A stretch of 64,000 bases of DNA, from positions 890 through 64,889 of the forward strand of contig UQKU01000007.1 in the NCBI GenBank assembly GCA_900541675.1. The letters run 5' to 3'. A program made the position numbers and the translations under genes. The stretch comes from an uncultured Collinsella sp. (lineage in GTDB: Bacteria; Actinomycetota; Coriobacteriia; Coriobacteriales; Coriobacteriaceae). The first letter of the stretch is position 1; the number at the start of each line of letters is the position of its first letter. The notes below the pieces were generated by a model, which did not search any database, was not told the DNA's origin, and worked only from the letters and a program-made list of their open reading frames with translations. Shown here piece after piece: positions 49,514 to 59,239 of the stretch.

Positions 49514-50674
49514 ATGTCGGATTCGCCTAATTTTTTGACCTATGCCCAGACGGCGTTTGATCCGTTTGAGGAGAGGCCGTTCTGCGCGGTGGATAGCCTC
49601 GTCTTTGCGTGGTTGTCCTATTTGCGTTTGCCGGGTGATATGGCGGAGCTGACGAACTGGCAGGGCCTAGACGTACGCGAGCTGCTGCGTGCCGAGTGCT
49701 ACCGGGACATGATTGACGACTTGTGGGATCCAGAGGGGAGCAGGGCCTTGTTGGAGGCCGTGGCAGCAAGCCCTCGCTACCGTGGCGTGCACGTTTGCGG
49801 CTATCGTGCCGTGAGCGATGTGGTGGCGACAGAGCAGTTTGCAGCCATGGCGTTCCGGTTTCCGGCGGGGTTTAGCTATCTTTCCTTCCGGGGGACCGAC
49901 AGCACGATTGTGGGCTGGAAAGAGGACTTTAACATGGCGTTCCGGTATCCTGTGCCGGCCCAGGAATCCGCGGCGCGTTATGTGGACGAGGCGGCGGATG
50001 CGATTGACGGGCCGCTTTTGTGCGGAGGTCATTCCAAGGGTGGAAACCTTGCGGTGTACGGTGCGGCGATGTGCTCCGATGTCGCCCGTGCGCGAATCGA
50101 ACGGGCGTATTCCCATGATGGTCCGGGTTTCGTCGAGGAGTTTCTGAACGGCAACGCCTTTGCCGATCTTTCCGGTCGAATCGACAAGACGCTACCTCGG
50201 TCGTCGATCTTTGGCATGATGTTCGAGACGCAGGAGGACTATGCCATCGTTGAGAGCACCGAGTTCAGTCTGCTGCAGCACAATCCCTTTAGCTGGGTGG
50301 TTGATGGTCGCGACTTCGTGTACTGTGAGCGCCTGTCCGCCGGTGCTCGATACGTTGATGGCTCCATTCGCGAGATGCTGCTTGCAGTTTCGCCTAGCGA
50401 GCGCGAGCGTTTTGTAGATGCGTTGTTCTCCGTGTTTGAGGCTACGGGTGCTGAGCGGTTTGCGGATATCGCTGGGAATCTGCGCGAGAGCCTGCCCGTG
50501 ATGCTCCAGGCTGCGCAAGGGTTTGACAAGGATACGCGACGCTTTGTCTCGCAGACCATCGTGGCAATTCTTAAGTGTGCGCTGCTGCCCAAACGACCCC
50601 AGATCGACATGCCCGCCGCCGGCAAGAGTTTGGCAGAACAGCTCGAGGCTTGGCAGTCCGAGCTCCTGCGCTAG
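49514..50674 (+). CDS. DUF2974 (Mbeg1-like) alpha/beta hydrolase
   Basis: FRGTDSTIVGWKEDF, GHSKGGNLA, HDGPGF, LQHNPFSW. Confidence 0.9.
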   Translation: MSDSPNFLTYAQTAFDPFEERPFCAVDSLVFAWLSYLRLPGDMAELTNWQGLDVRELLRAECYRDMIDDLWDPEGSRALLEAVAASPRYRGVHVCGYRAVSDVVATEQFAAMAFRFPAGFSYLSFRGTDSTIVGWKEDFNMAFRYPVPAQESAARYVDEAADAIDGPLLCGGHSKGGNLAVYGAAMCSDVARARIERAYSHDGPGFVEEFLNGNAFADLSGRIDKTLPRSSIFGMMFETQEDYAIVESTEFSLLQHNPFSWVVDGRDFVYCERLSAGARYVDGSIREMLLAVSPSERERFVDALFSVFEATGAERFADIAGNLRESLPVMLQAAQGFDKDTRRFVSQTIVAILKCALLPKRPQIDMPAAGKSLAEQLEAWQSELLR

Positions 50675-50785
50675 CCATTGGTGCAAAGCAGCCTGTCCCC
50701 GATGCACCAATCTTCGATGCGCCTGGGGCGGGCTCGACCGCTATACTGGTTCGTGCCGAAATCGATCTAGAACGGAATGCCGTAT

Positions 50786-51790
50786 ATGAAAATCAATCAC
50801 GCGATTCTGCATATCCTGGACTTTGACTCTGCCGTCAACGTTATGAGCCAGCGCGAGCTCGATACCGAAAGCCGTGCCGTGCGCAATTTCGTAACCACGC
50901 ATCTGCGCCGTGCACGCACCTCGGCCGACAATAAACGCGCCACGTTTGCCGAGAACTCTGCGTTTGGCGGCGAGCTCAAGGGCTATTTCTTTGGCGAGCG
51001 CGAGTTCGTGGACCTGTCGCAGCAGATTGCGGAGTTTATCTCTTCCGAGCTCACCAAAGCCGAGAAAGCCGAGTCCACCGACGTGCTCGTGGCCGATTTT
51101 GACGACGATGAGGATGCCCGCTGGTTTGCCGTGATGCTGCTGGGCTCCAAGCAGGCTTTTATGCACGAAGTGGGCCGCGAGGAGGGGGAGGTGCGCAACG
51201 ACATCGCGCGCCACTACGCCATTCTGCCGAACCCCTCGCAAAAGGTGCCGAGCTATGCCATCGTGCGCGCAAACACCATGGAGATCGGCTACGTGGACAA
51301 GAAGCGCAAGATTGCCGGCGAGGATCGCATGCTCATTCCCGACGGCCTGCTGCAATGCGACACGGGCGTTTCGGGTAAGGAGGTCATCGACACGGTGACG
51401 CGCGTGGTCGAGGAGGTCGCTGAAGAGCACGGCGCCAACACGGCCGTAGCGCTCGCCAAGGTCAAAGCCGCCGTTGCCGAGAAGGTTGAAGACGACGAGG
51501 AGCTGCCGCCTTGGGATATCGTCGATGAGGTCTTTGAGGACGAGCCGGTTATCAAGGAGAGCGTGCGTGCGGCGCTGACCGAGGAGAAGGTGCCCGAGCG
51601 CGTGCCCGTGGAGCGCAAGCAGGTCGAACGCGCGGCCGTGCGCAATCACAAGATTCGTACCGACACGGGCATCGAGATCAGCTTCCCGGCCGAGATGGGT
51701 TCGAACTCCGAGTATATCGAGTTCGTCAACGAGCCCAACGGCCTCATCTCCATCGAGCTCAAAAACATCGGGTCAATTGAGAATCGATAA
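50786..51790 (+). CDS. Nucleoid-associated protein (YejK/NdpA-like)
   Basis: INHAILHILD, ILPNPSQKV, KIRTDTGIEISFP, NGLISIELKNI. Confidence 0.8.
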   Translation: MKINHAILHILDFDSAVNVMSQRELDTESRAVRNFVTTHLRRARTSADNKRATFAENSAFGGELKGYFFGEREFVDLSQQIAEFISSELTKAEKAESTDVLVADFDDDEDARWFAVMLLGSKQAFMHEVGREEGEVRNDIARHYAILPNPSQKVPSYAIVRANTMEIGYVDKKRKIAGEDRMLIPDGLLQCDTGVSGKEVIDTVTRVVEEVAEEHGANTAVALAKVKAAVAEKVEDDEELPPWDIVDEVFEDEPVIKESVRAALTEEKVPERVPVERKQVERAAVRNHKIRTDTGIEISFPAEMGSNSEYIEFVNEPNGLISIELKNIGSIENR

Positions 51791-51815
51791 ACTGCGCTTG
51801 AACTTCAGACAAAGC

Positions 51816-51849
51816 AAAGGCCGAAACCCTTCGGGACTTCGGCCTTTTT
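51816..51849 (+). terminator. Intrinsic terminator
   Basis: AAAGGCCGAA...TTCGGCCTTTTT. Confidence 0.8.
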
Positions 51850-51892
51850 GCTTGGAGCTGAATTGAGTTGCAGACTGAGCATATGTCAGCGA

Positions 51893-51990
51893 AAACGCCC
51901 CTAGGCGAGCAAGGTGACGTGAAAGAGGAGGGAAGCGTACTTCGGTACGCGACCGACGATTGAACGTCAGATTGCCGCTTAGGGGCGTTT
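51893..51990. repeat. ~100-nt structured palindromic element capped by a C(UUCG)G loop
   Basis: AAACGCCCCTAGGCG/CGCTTAGGGGCGTTT outer stem, TGACGT/ACGTCA, GCGTAC-TTCG-GTACGC. Confidence 0.6.
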
Positions 51991-52079
51991 GCAGCGTCGA
52001 GAGATCCGTCGTTCGTTAGAACGACGGAACCAAAGGTGCAGCGTCGACTAGTTGCGCGGTTTGGTAAAACCGCGTAACC

Positions 52080-52799
52080 CTAGAGCTGGCGCAGGCCCTC
52101 TTCCAGGCCGGTCTTGCTGTCGGTCTTCTCGTCGCGCATCTTGATGACGCGGGCGGGGACACCGGCCACGACGGCACCGGCGGGGACGTCCTCGACGCAC
52201 ACGGCGCCGGCGGCAACGACAGCGCCCTTGCCTACGTGCACGCCCTCCAGGACCACGGCATTGGCGCCGATCATAACGTCGTCCTCGATGATGACGGGCG
52301 TGGCACTGGCGGGCTCCACGACGCCTGCCAGCACGGTGCCGGCGCCGATGTGGCAGTTCTTGCCCACGGTGGCGCGGCCGCCCAGCACAGCGCCCATGTC
52401 GATCATGGAGCCTTCGCCAATGACGGAGCCGATGTTGATGATGGCGCCCATCATGATGACGGCGCGATCGCCAATCTCGACACGGTCGCGGATGATCGCG
52501 CCCGGCTCGATGCGGGCGTTGATACCCTTGAGGTCGAGCATGGGCACGGCGGAGTTGCGGCAGTCGTTCTCTACGTCGTAGTAGTCGATGGAGTCGGCGT
52601 TGGCGTCGAGGATTGCCTTGAGCTCATCCCAGTCACCAAAGACGGTCTTGCCACGACGACCGCCGTAGACGTGCGCATTGCCCCACTGGACCTTCATGCC
52701 CGGCTTTTCGCGCACGTACAGTTTGACGGGCGTTTTCTTGGGCGCGGTTGCGATGTAGTTGATAATCTCCTGTGCATTCATCTCGGCTGCATTACTCAT
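52080..52799 (-). CDS. dapH: Tetrahydrodipicolinate N-acetyltransferase
   Basis: [28 protein letters not shown], hexapeptide repeats. Confidence 0.93.
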   Translation of the reverse strand: MSNAAEMNAQEIINYIATAPKKTPVKLYVREKPGMKVQWGNAHVYGGRRGKTVFGDWDELKAILDANADSIDYYDVENDCRNSAVPMLDLKGINARIEPGAIIRDRVEIGDRAVIMMGAIINIGSVIGEGSMIDMGAVLGGRATVGKNCHIGAGTVLAGVVEPASATPVIIEDDVMIGANAVVLEGVHVGKGAVVAAGAVCVEDVPAGAVVAGVPARVIKMRDEKTDSKTGLEEGLRQL

Positions 52800-52838
52800 T
52801 TGCTGTCTCTCCTTTGAGTGGATCCGGTTGATACCTGG

Positions 52839-53579
52839 TTAGGCAAACATGACCTGGTCGAACGTATAGAAGCCAGGCTCGCGGGTGACGAGCTTCTGCG
52901 CGGCTGCCAGGGCGCCGTTGACGAAGATCTGACGGCTCGTGGCGCGGTGCGTGAGCGTGACCTCCTCGTCCTGGCCGAAAAAGCTTACCTCGTGCACGCC
53001 GGCGACGGTGCCGCCGCGCAGCGAGTGCATGCCGATCTCCTTGGGGTCGCGCGCGCCGCACATGCCCTCGCGGCCATAGACGGGGTGGTAGCCTGCCTCG
53101 GGCTCGGCTTCGACGACGGCGTCGAGCAACAACTTGGCGGTGCCGCTGGGGGCGTCGACCTTTTGATTATGGTGCGTCTCGACGATTTCGCAGTCAAAGC
53201 CGGGCAGCTCGCGCGTGGCCTGGGCAACCAGATGGCGCAGGGCGGCGATACCGATAGAGTAGTTGCCCGAGTGCATAACACGGGCGTTCTGACCCAGCTC
53301 GCGCAGGCGATCCACCTGCTCGGGCGTATAGCCCGTGGTGCCGGAAACGAGTGCGGCACCCGTGCGCTCGACATAGGCGACAACGGCATCGAAGGTCACG
53401 ACGTTCGAGAAGTCGATGATTACATCGGCGGCCGGTGCGCTCTCGAGCTCGGACAAGTCGAAGCCGATCTGGGCGACGATGTCAAAAACGGGCTCTCCAG
53501 CGGTGTTGACAATGCCCTCGGCGGTGGTGCGGATGAGCGAGCCCATGCGGCCCGTTCCCATAATGACGGTCTTAATCAA
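52839..53579 (-). CDS. dapB: 4-hydroxy-tetrahydrodipicolinate reductase
   Basis: GTGRMG, IIDFS, GTTG, ETHHNQKVDAPSGTA. Confidence 0.95.
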   Translation of the reverse strand: MIKTVIMGTGRMGSLIRTTAEGIVNTAGEPVFDIVAQIGFDLSELESAPAADVIIDFSNVVTFDAVVAYVERTGAALVSGTTGYTPEQVDRLRELGQNARVMHSGNYSIGIAALRHLVAQATRELPGFDCEIVETHHNQKVDAPSGTAKLLLDAVVEAEPEAGYHPVYGREGMCGARDPKEIGMHSLRGGTVAGVHEVSFFGQDEEVTLTHRATSRQIFVNGALAAAQKLVTREPGFYTFDQVMFA

Positions 53580-54462
53580 GCAGACCAGCTCCTTTCAGAG
53601 CATCGGTAAGTGCGGAGCGCGTGTCGTCTGCCATGGGGCACAGCGGCATGCGGTAGTTTGCCTCGATCATACCCATCTGGGCGAGTGCTTCCTTGACGGG
53701 GATGGGGTTGACCTCGCTAAAGAGGGCATTGATGAGCGGCTGGCCGGCAATCTGGATATCGCGGGCGCGCTCCACGTCGCCGTCCAGATAGGCGCGGCAC
53801 ATGTCGTGCACGAGCTGCGGCTGAACGTCGGCCCACACGCTGATGGTGCCCGAAGCGCCCAGGCTCATGAGCGGCACGGTGAGGGCGTCCTCGCCCGAGT
53901 ACATGCGGAAGTCGTCGGACAGCAGGTGGGCGATCTTGGCCGCGTAGGCGACGTTGCCCGAGGCTTCCTTAATACCCATGATGTTGGGATGTGCGGCCAG
54001 GCGCTCTACGTTGCGCTCGCTGATGCCGCAGCCGCAACGGCCGGGGATGTTGTACAGGATGCAGGGGATGTCCACGGCATCGGCGACGGTCTTAAAGTGC
54101 TGGTAGATGCCCTCTTCGTTGGACTTGTTGTAGTAGGGGGTGATGAGCAGCAGGCCGTCGGCTCCCATGCCCTGGTAGGTGAGCGACTTGGTGAGCATCG
54201 TCTGCGTGGAGTTGGAGCCCGAGCCGGCGATGACAGGGACGCGTCCTGCAACATGCTTGACCACGGCGGCGACGACGGAGTTGTCCTCGTCATCGGTCAT
54301 CGTGGCGCTCTCGCCGGTGGTGCCCAGGGTGAGGATGGCGTCGGTGCCGTTTTGCAGGTGGAAATCGATAAGGCGCTCGAGTGCGTCAAAGTCGACGCTG
54401 CCGTCCTTTTTAAACGGCGTAACAAGGGCGACGATTGAGCCCTCGAGATTGCGGATGTCCAT
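53572..54462 (-). CDS. dapA: 4-hydroxy-tetrahydrodipicolinate synthase (C-terminal part of the lysA-dapA fused ORF, with its own RBS)
   Basis: ALVTPF, GTTGES, TPYYNK, LYNIPGR, GIKEASG; AAGGAG before ATG 54462. Confidence 0.93.
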   Translation of the reverse strand: MDIRNLEGSIVALVTPFKKDGSVDFDALERLIDFHLQNGTDAILTLGTTGESATMTDDEDNSVVAAVVKHVAGRVPVIAGSGSNSTQTMLTKSLTYQGMGADGLLLITPYYNKSNEEGIYQHFKTVADAVDIPCILYNIPGRCGCGISERNVERLAAHPNIMGIKEASGNVAYAAKIAHLLSDDFRMYSGEDALTVPLMSLGASGTISVWADVQPQLVHDMCRAYLDGDVERARDIQIAGQPLINALFSEVNPIPVKEALAQMGMIEANYRMPLCPMADDTRSALTDALKGAGLLD

Positions 54463-55881
54463 GTTCTTCTCCTTCGCGTCCGCGATCTGGATGCGTTTGT
54501 TCCATTGGGCGGCGACTGTCAGGCGCTCGTCTTGGGCGCGACGGCGGGCACTTTCGGCGCGCGACTTGGCCAGCAGCTCTCGGCCGCTCGGCAGCACGTC
54601 GAGCGTGGCAAAATAATCGCCCGGGCGCTCGGCGCGGCGGATGAGGTCGGCTGAGCCATCGGGACGCAGCAGGACCTCGGCGGAGCGCAGCCGTCCGTTG
54701 TAGTTGTAGCCCATGGAGTAGCCATGCGCGCCGGTATCGTGGATCACGAGCACATCGCCCATGTCGATCTGCGGTAGCTCGCGGTCGATGGCGAACTTGT
54801 CGTTGTTCTCGCATAGGTTGCCCGTGATGTCGTAGGTGTCCGTGACGGGCGCTGTGGTCTTGTCGTCGCCACCCGGCTGACCCATTACCGTAATGTGGTG
54901 GTAGGCGCCGTACATGGCAGGACGGATCAGATCGACGGCGCTTGCGTCGACACCGATATAGTCCTTGTAGATCTGCTTTTCGTGGATAGCCTTGGTGACC
55001 AGGCAGCCGTAGGGCCCCATCATAAAGCGGCCCATCTCGGTGCAGATGGCCACATCGCCCATACCGGCGGGAACCAGGATTTCGTCGTAGGCCGCGTGCA
55101 CCCCCTCGCCGATGGCGTGAATGTCGTTGGCCTGCTGCTCGGGCAGATAGGGGATGCCGACGCCGCCGGACAGATTGATGAAGGCGACATGTGCACCGGT
55201 CTCGCGCTCCAGGCGCACGGCAAGCTCAAAGAGGATGCGCGCGAGCTTGGGGTAGTAGTCGTTGGTGACGGTGTTGCTGGCAAGGAATGCGTGGATGCCA
55301 AAGTCCTCGGCGCCTTTGGCTTTGAGCATGTGGAAGGCCTCGAAGAGCTGCTCGGTGGTCATGCCGTATTTGGAGTCGCCGGGGTTATCCATGATGCCGT
55401 TGGAGAGCTGGAACAGGCCGCCCGGATTAAAGCGGCAGCTGACCGTCTTGGGGATGGGGCCCGCGACGCGCTCAAAGAACTCGATGTGGCTGATGTCGTC
55501 AAAGTTGACGATGGCGCCCAATTTGTCGGCGAGCTCAAAGTCCGCTGCCGGCGTGTCGTTGGACGAGAACATGATGTCGTGTCCCGTGATGCCCAGCGAG
55601 CGGGCGATCATGAGCTCGGTATAGCTCGAGCAATCGCAGCCGCAACCGTATTCGTTGAGAATGGAGATGAGCGCCGGGTTGGGATTTGCCTTGACGGCAA
55701 AGTATTCCTAAAGGCCGGAGTCCCATGCAAGGGCATCGCGCCCCTCTTGCTTGTTGCGGGGGAGGCCCGCCTCGTCATATAGATGAAACGGCGTGGGGAA
55801 CTGCTCGACGATATGCTCGAGCGTCTCCTTGTCCACAAACGGCTGCTTGGCCGCATATGCCTCGTTGGGAGTCAATGCCAT
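54463..55881 (-). CDS. lysA: Diaminopimelate decarboxylase, in frame with dapA; in-frame TAG at 55708-55710
   Basis: PTPFHLYDE, YFAVKANP (PLP lysine), SKYG, NLSGG, GNLCENND, GAHGYSMGYNYNGR; no stop before dapA. Confidence 0.88.
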
Positions 55882-55951
55882 GTCCCGTAAACCTCGCTAT
55901 CCAGACGGCGCCATCTGCGCATCGAATCCGCATAGCGTGGACCCAATGTCC

Positions 55952-56110
55952 GGATAGCGCTCCTGCATTGCTGCAGACAGTCCTGCGGGTGTTTCCCGCA
56001 GGCCCACCAGGTTGTTCGTGCCCGAAAAGCCCAGTTCGGCGGGTTTCGCCTCCCCACGGGGTCAAAGCCTGCCGGCTCGCCCGCGGTTCTTCGTGCCCGC
56101 GCCTCTATCA
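55952..56110 (-). ncRNA. Lysine riboswitch (L-box)
   Basis: GATAGAGGCGCG...GCCGAA...GGGCC...GACTGTC...GGAGCGCTATC conserved blocks upstream of lysA. Confidence 0.9.
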
Positions 56111-56261
56111 AGTGGTAACGACCCTACCACGTTGCACTTTACCAAACAAGAGTATTCGTATATAACGTTTAAAAAATGCAGGGATATGCTGGAAATAAGG
56201 GTGCGGCAATCTTGCGGCACAATAAGATGGCAACTGGCGCGCACCTATGAAAGGAACCTTT

Positions 56262-57449
56262 ATGACCGAGCTCCAAGAACTCCGTCGCTATCGGCGCGAC
56301 TTGCACAGGATCCCGGAGCTCGACTTCGATCTTCCACAGACTATCGCTTATATTGAGGGCGTGTTGAGGCCGCTCGCCTGCGAGGTGACCCATCCGTGTC
56401 CCAGCTGTGTCTGCGCTTTCTTCGATGCCGGTACGGACGCCGCGCATGCTACGGCGATTCGCGCCGACATGGATGCCCTGCCCATCGCGGAGGCAACGGG
56501 CGCGGCCTTTGCCTCGACGCATCCCGGCAAGATGCATGCGTGCGGTCACGACGGTCACATGGCCATGGCGCTCGCGGCGGCGACTTTTGTCGACCGAGCG
56601 GTTCGTGAGCAGCCGGGTGCCATCAAGCGCAACGTGCTCTTTGTGTTTCAGCCGGCCGAGGAAACGACCGGTGGCGCCAAGACGGTGTGTGAGAGCGGCG
56701 TATTCGAGCGCTATGGGGCAGATCGCATCTTCGGGTTCCACGTATGGCCCGACCTGCCTGCAAACACGTTGGCGAGCTGCTCCGGTCCATTGCTGGCGCG
56801 CTCGAGTGAGACGCACGTACGCATTCACGGGACAAGTATCCATATCGCCAAGACTTACGGCGTTCCCGTAAACGAATCACACGATGCGGCGCTGGCGGCT
56901 GCCAAGTTCTTGGTCGCCGAGCGCGAATTGATGGACGAGCTGGGCACCGACGAGCCCTGTATCGGCAAGTTTGGTCTGCTGCAGGCCGGTACCGTTTGCA
57001 ATGCGGTGGCGGGGGAGGCCCATGTGGCCGGCAGCCTGCGTGTGTTTACAGACGACATGTTCGACCGTGCACGCGAGGGCGTGCACCGCGTGCTTGATGA
57101 GGCATGCGCTGCAACGGGCTGCACGTACGATCTCGACTTTGCCGAGGGCTATCCGCCGGTTGACAACGACCCCGAGCTATTTGCCAATGTCGCGCCTGCT
57201 TTGCCCGAGCTGCAGCTCGTGGATGAGCCTTTGCTGATTGCCGAGGACTTCGCTTTCTATCAGCGCCATCTGCCGGGTGTGTTCTTCTTGCTGGGCACGG
57301 GTGTGCCAGAGGGGCAAGAAAACCCGATTGACGCTGATGGCTGCCCAGCCTATGCGATGAGTGCCCTTCACACCGATACCGTGCTCTTTGACGAGGAAGT
57401 CCTGCTCAAAGGACTCGATGTCTACAAACGATTGCTTGGCTTGGAGTGA
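56262..57449 (+). CDS. M20D amidohydrolase, probable N-acetyldiaminopimelate deacetylase
   Basis: RRDLHRIPEL, RADMDALP, MHACGHDGH, FQPAEE, AEDF; divergent from the dapH operon. Confidence 0.8.
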   Translation: MTELQELRRYRRDLHRIPELDFDLPQTIAYIEGVLRPLACEVTHPCPSCVCAFFDAGTDAAHATAIRADMDALPIAEATGAAFASTHPGKMHACGHDGHMAMALAAATFVDRAVREQPGAIKRNVLFVFQPAEETTGGAKTVCESGVFERYGADRIFGFHVWPDLPANTLASCSGPLLARSSETHVRIHGTSIHIAKTYGVPVNESHDAALAAAKFLVAERELMDELGTDEPCIGKFGLLQAGTVCNAVAGEAHVAGSLRVFTDDMFDRAREGVHRVLDEACAATGCTYDLDFAEGYPPVDNDPELFANVAPALPELQLVDEPLLIAEDFAFYQRHLPGVFFLLGTGVPEGQENPIDADGCPAYAMSALHTDTVLFDEEVLLKGLDVYKRLLGLE

Positions 57450-57775
57450 CGATGGAACGACGCCGATGGTCTGCCGTGTATAGTCCTGGTGGGTGCGGGT
57501 GCGGCTTGCTGCTGCTCCCGGTTATTGCTGTGAGCATTGGCGTGATGTTTGCGCTTGCTGGACTGGCAGCAGCGGCACTTGCGCTGTTGATTGTGGCCAT
57601 TGGCGTGACGATTTGGCTATGCCGTTCTCGCGAGCAACGCCGTGCCGACGGCAAGACCAATGTCGGCTGGGTCGTCTTCCTGATTATTGCGTACCCGCTG
57701 AGCATCAGTTACTTGGCGTTCTTTATCCTGCTGCTCATCAGCACCTTTACTGGGGAATCCGTCACGGTGGGGTAG
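57446..57775 (+). CDS. Small membrane protein
   Basis: Hydrophobic segments; overlaps the upstream stop (GTGA). Confidence 0.6.
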   Translation: MTMERRRWSAVYSPGGCGCGLLLLPVIAVSIGVMFALAGLAAAALALLIVAIGVTIWLCRSREQRRADGKTNVGWVVFLIIAYPLSISYLAFFILLLISTFTGESVTVG

Positions 57776-57805
57776 GCTTCGACAAGCTTCTTGAGGATGA
57801 AACGA

Positions 57806-57846
57806 AAAAGGGGTCGGATGGGCGCTTTGCCCATCCGACCCCTTTC
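57806..57846. terminator. Bidirectional terminator hairpin
   Basis: AAAGGGGTCGGATGGGC...GCCCATCCGACCCCTTT between convergent genes. Confidence 0.8.
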
Positions 57847-57868
57847 GCACGGTAGTTAATTCGGTCTC

Positions 57869-59188
57869 CTACTTGGCTGCCTCGCGGCGAGCGACCTCGT
57901 CGATCAAGATGGCATCGCCGTGCTTGGCGGCGGCAATGCTCGCGGCCATAATCATGCCCATTGCCGTGATGTAGGCGAAGAGCATCGACGGCGCCACGTC
58001 CATAACGATGCCGGAGAGAATCGGCGTCGCCACCTGAGCCGCCATGCTCACGGTGTAGTAGTAACCGGAGTAGCGGCCCACGCTTTGGGAGCTGCAACAC
58101 TCCAGAATCATCGTGTACACGCACAGGTCCACGCCGCCCAGCGCGACGCCCATCAACAAAAAGACGCCGTACAACACGGGCGAGAAGCCGGGTGCCAGCC
58201 AAAGAAGCGCGGGGCACAAAACCATGATGACGGCGGTGCCCAGGGCGACCTTTTTGCGGCCGATTTTGAGCGAAAGGTTTGCCAGGGGTACGTAGCTTAG
58301 CAGCGCGCCTGCAATCGTCACGATATTGATGATGGCATAGGAACCGCCCTCCATGCCGTAGAACAAATCGGCATAACGGCTGATATTGGTGGTCATGGCG
58401 TTATAGCTCATGTAGTAGAAAAACGTTGCGGCGAGCAGCATGATGATGGAGCGGCGTACGCCGGCGTCTGCAATGCGATTTTTACCGCCGGCCTCGGGGG
58501 AGTCGTCTTTGTCAATCTGATCCTCGTCGATGCCCATTGACAGCGATTTCTCGCGCATCTTTTCGACGAGGGCGGGCTCACGGACAAAGATGCCGTAGAC
58601 AACGGCCGACACGAGGATAAAGGCGGCCTGCAAGATAAAGAGCGGAAGATAATCAGGTTTGTCGGCCTTGGGAACCATGACCGAGATGGCGACGAGCATA
58701 AGACCCGTTCCCGCATAGCCGACGATCTTTTCGATCGAGTCTGCCTTGGTTCGAAGTGGGCGAGGCGTAATATCGGCCACGATGGCGACCGTCATGGTGC
58801 GATAGGCGCATATTGCCAAAAGCGTGAGGATAATCGCGCCAATGAGCAGAGGTAGACTGCCCATGTTGTTGGCGAACGCGATGAGCGGGACGGAGAGTAT
58901 TGCCACCGCGGAGCCGCCCAAGATAAAGGGCGTTCGGCGCCCGAGTTTGCTTGTGCAACGGTCCGAGAGGATGCCAAAGAGCGGAAGCAGGAACAGGCCA
59001 AAGACATTATCGATGGCCATGATCGCGCCGGTGAGCGAGTTGGATAGGCCAAAGGTCCCTGTGAGCATCTTGGGAACGATGCCGTCGTAGACCTGCCAAA
59101 AGCTGATCATGCCCATAAAGGGTAGGGAGGCGAGGGCGACGGCCTTGGTGTCGAGCCGGGCCGCCCGCTTAAGATTTGGTTGGGTCAT
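57869..59188 (-). CDS. MFS transporter
   Basis: GILSDRCTSKLGRRTPF motif A; ~12 TM helices. Confidence 0.9.
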   Translation of the reverse strand: MTQPNLKRAARLDTKAVALASLPFMGMISFWQVYDGIVPKMLTGTFGLSNSLTGAIMAIDNVFGLFLLPLFGILSDRCTSKLGRRTPFILGGSAVAILSVPLIAFANNMGSLPLLIGAIILTLLAICAYRTMTVAIVADITPRPLRTKADSIEKIVGYAGTGLMLVAISVMVPKADKPDYLPLFILQAAFILVSAVVYGIFVREPALVEKMREKSLSMGIDEDQIDKDDSPEAGGKNRIADAGVRRSIIMLLAATFFYYMSYNAMTTNISRYADLFYGMEGGSYAIINIVTIAGALLSYVPLANLSLKIGRKKVALGTAVIMVLCPALLWLAPGFSPVLYGVFLLMGVALGGVDLCVYTMILECCSSQSVGRYSGYYYTVSMAAQVATPILSGIVMDVAPSMLFAYITAMGMIMAASIAAAKHGDAILIDEVARREAAK

Positions 59189-59239
59189 GCTGGTTCTCCT
59201 GGTCGGTAAAAGCGGGGAGGGGTGCTATCGGCCCCCGTT

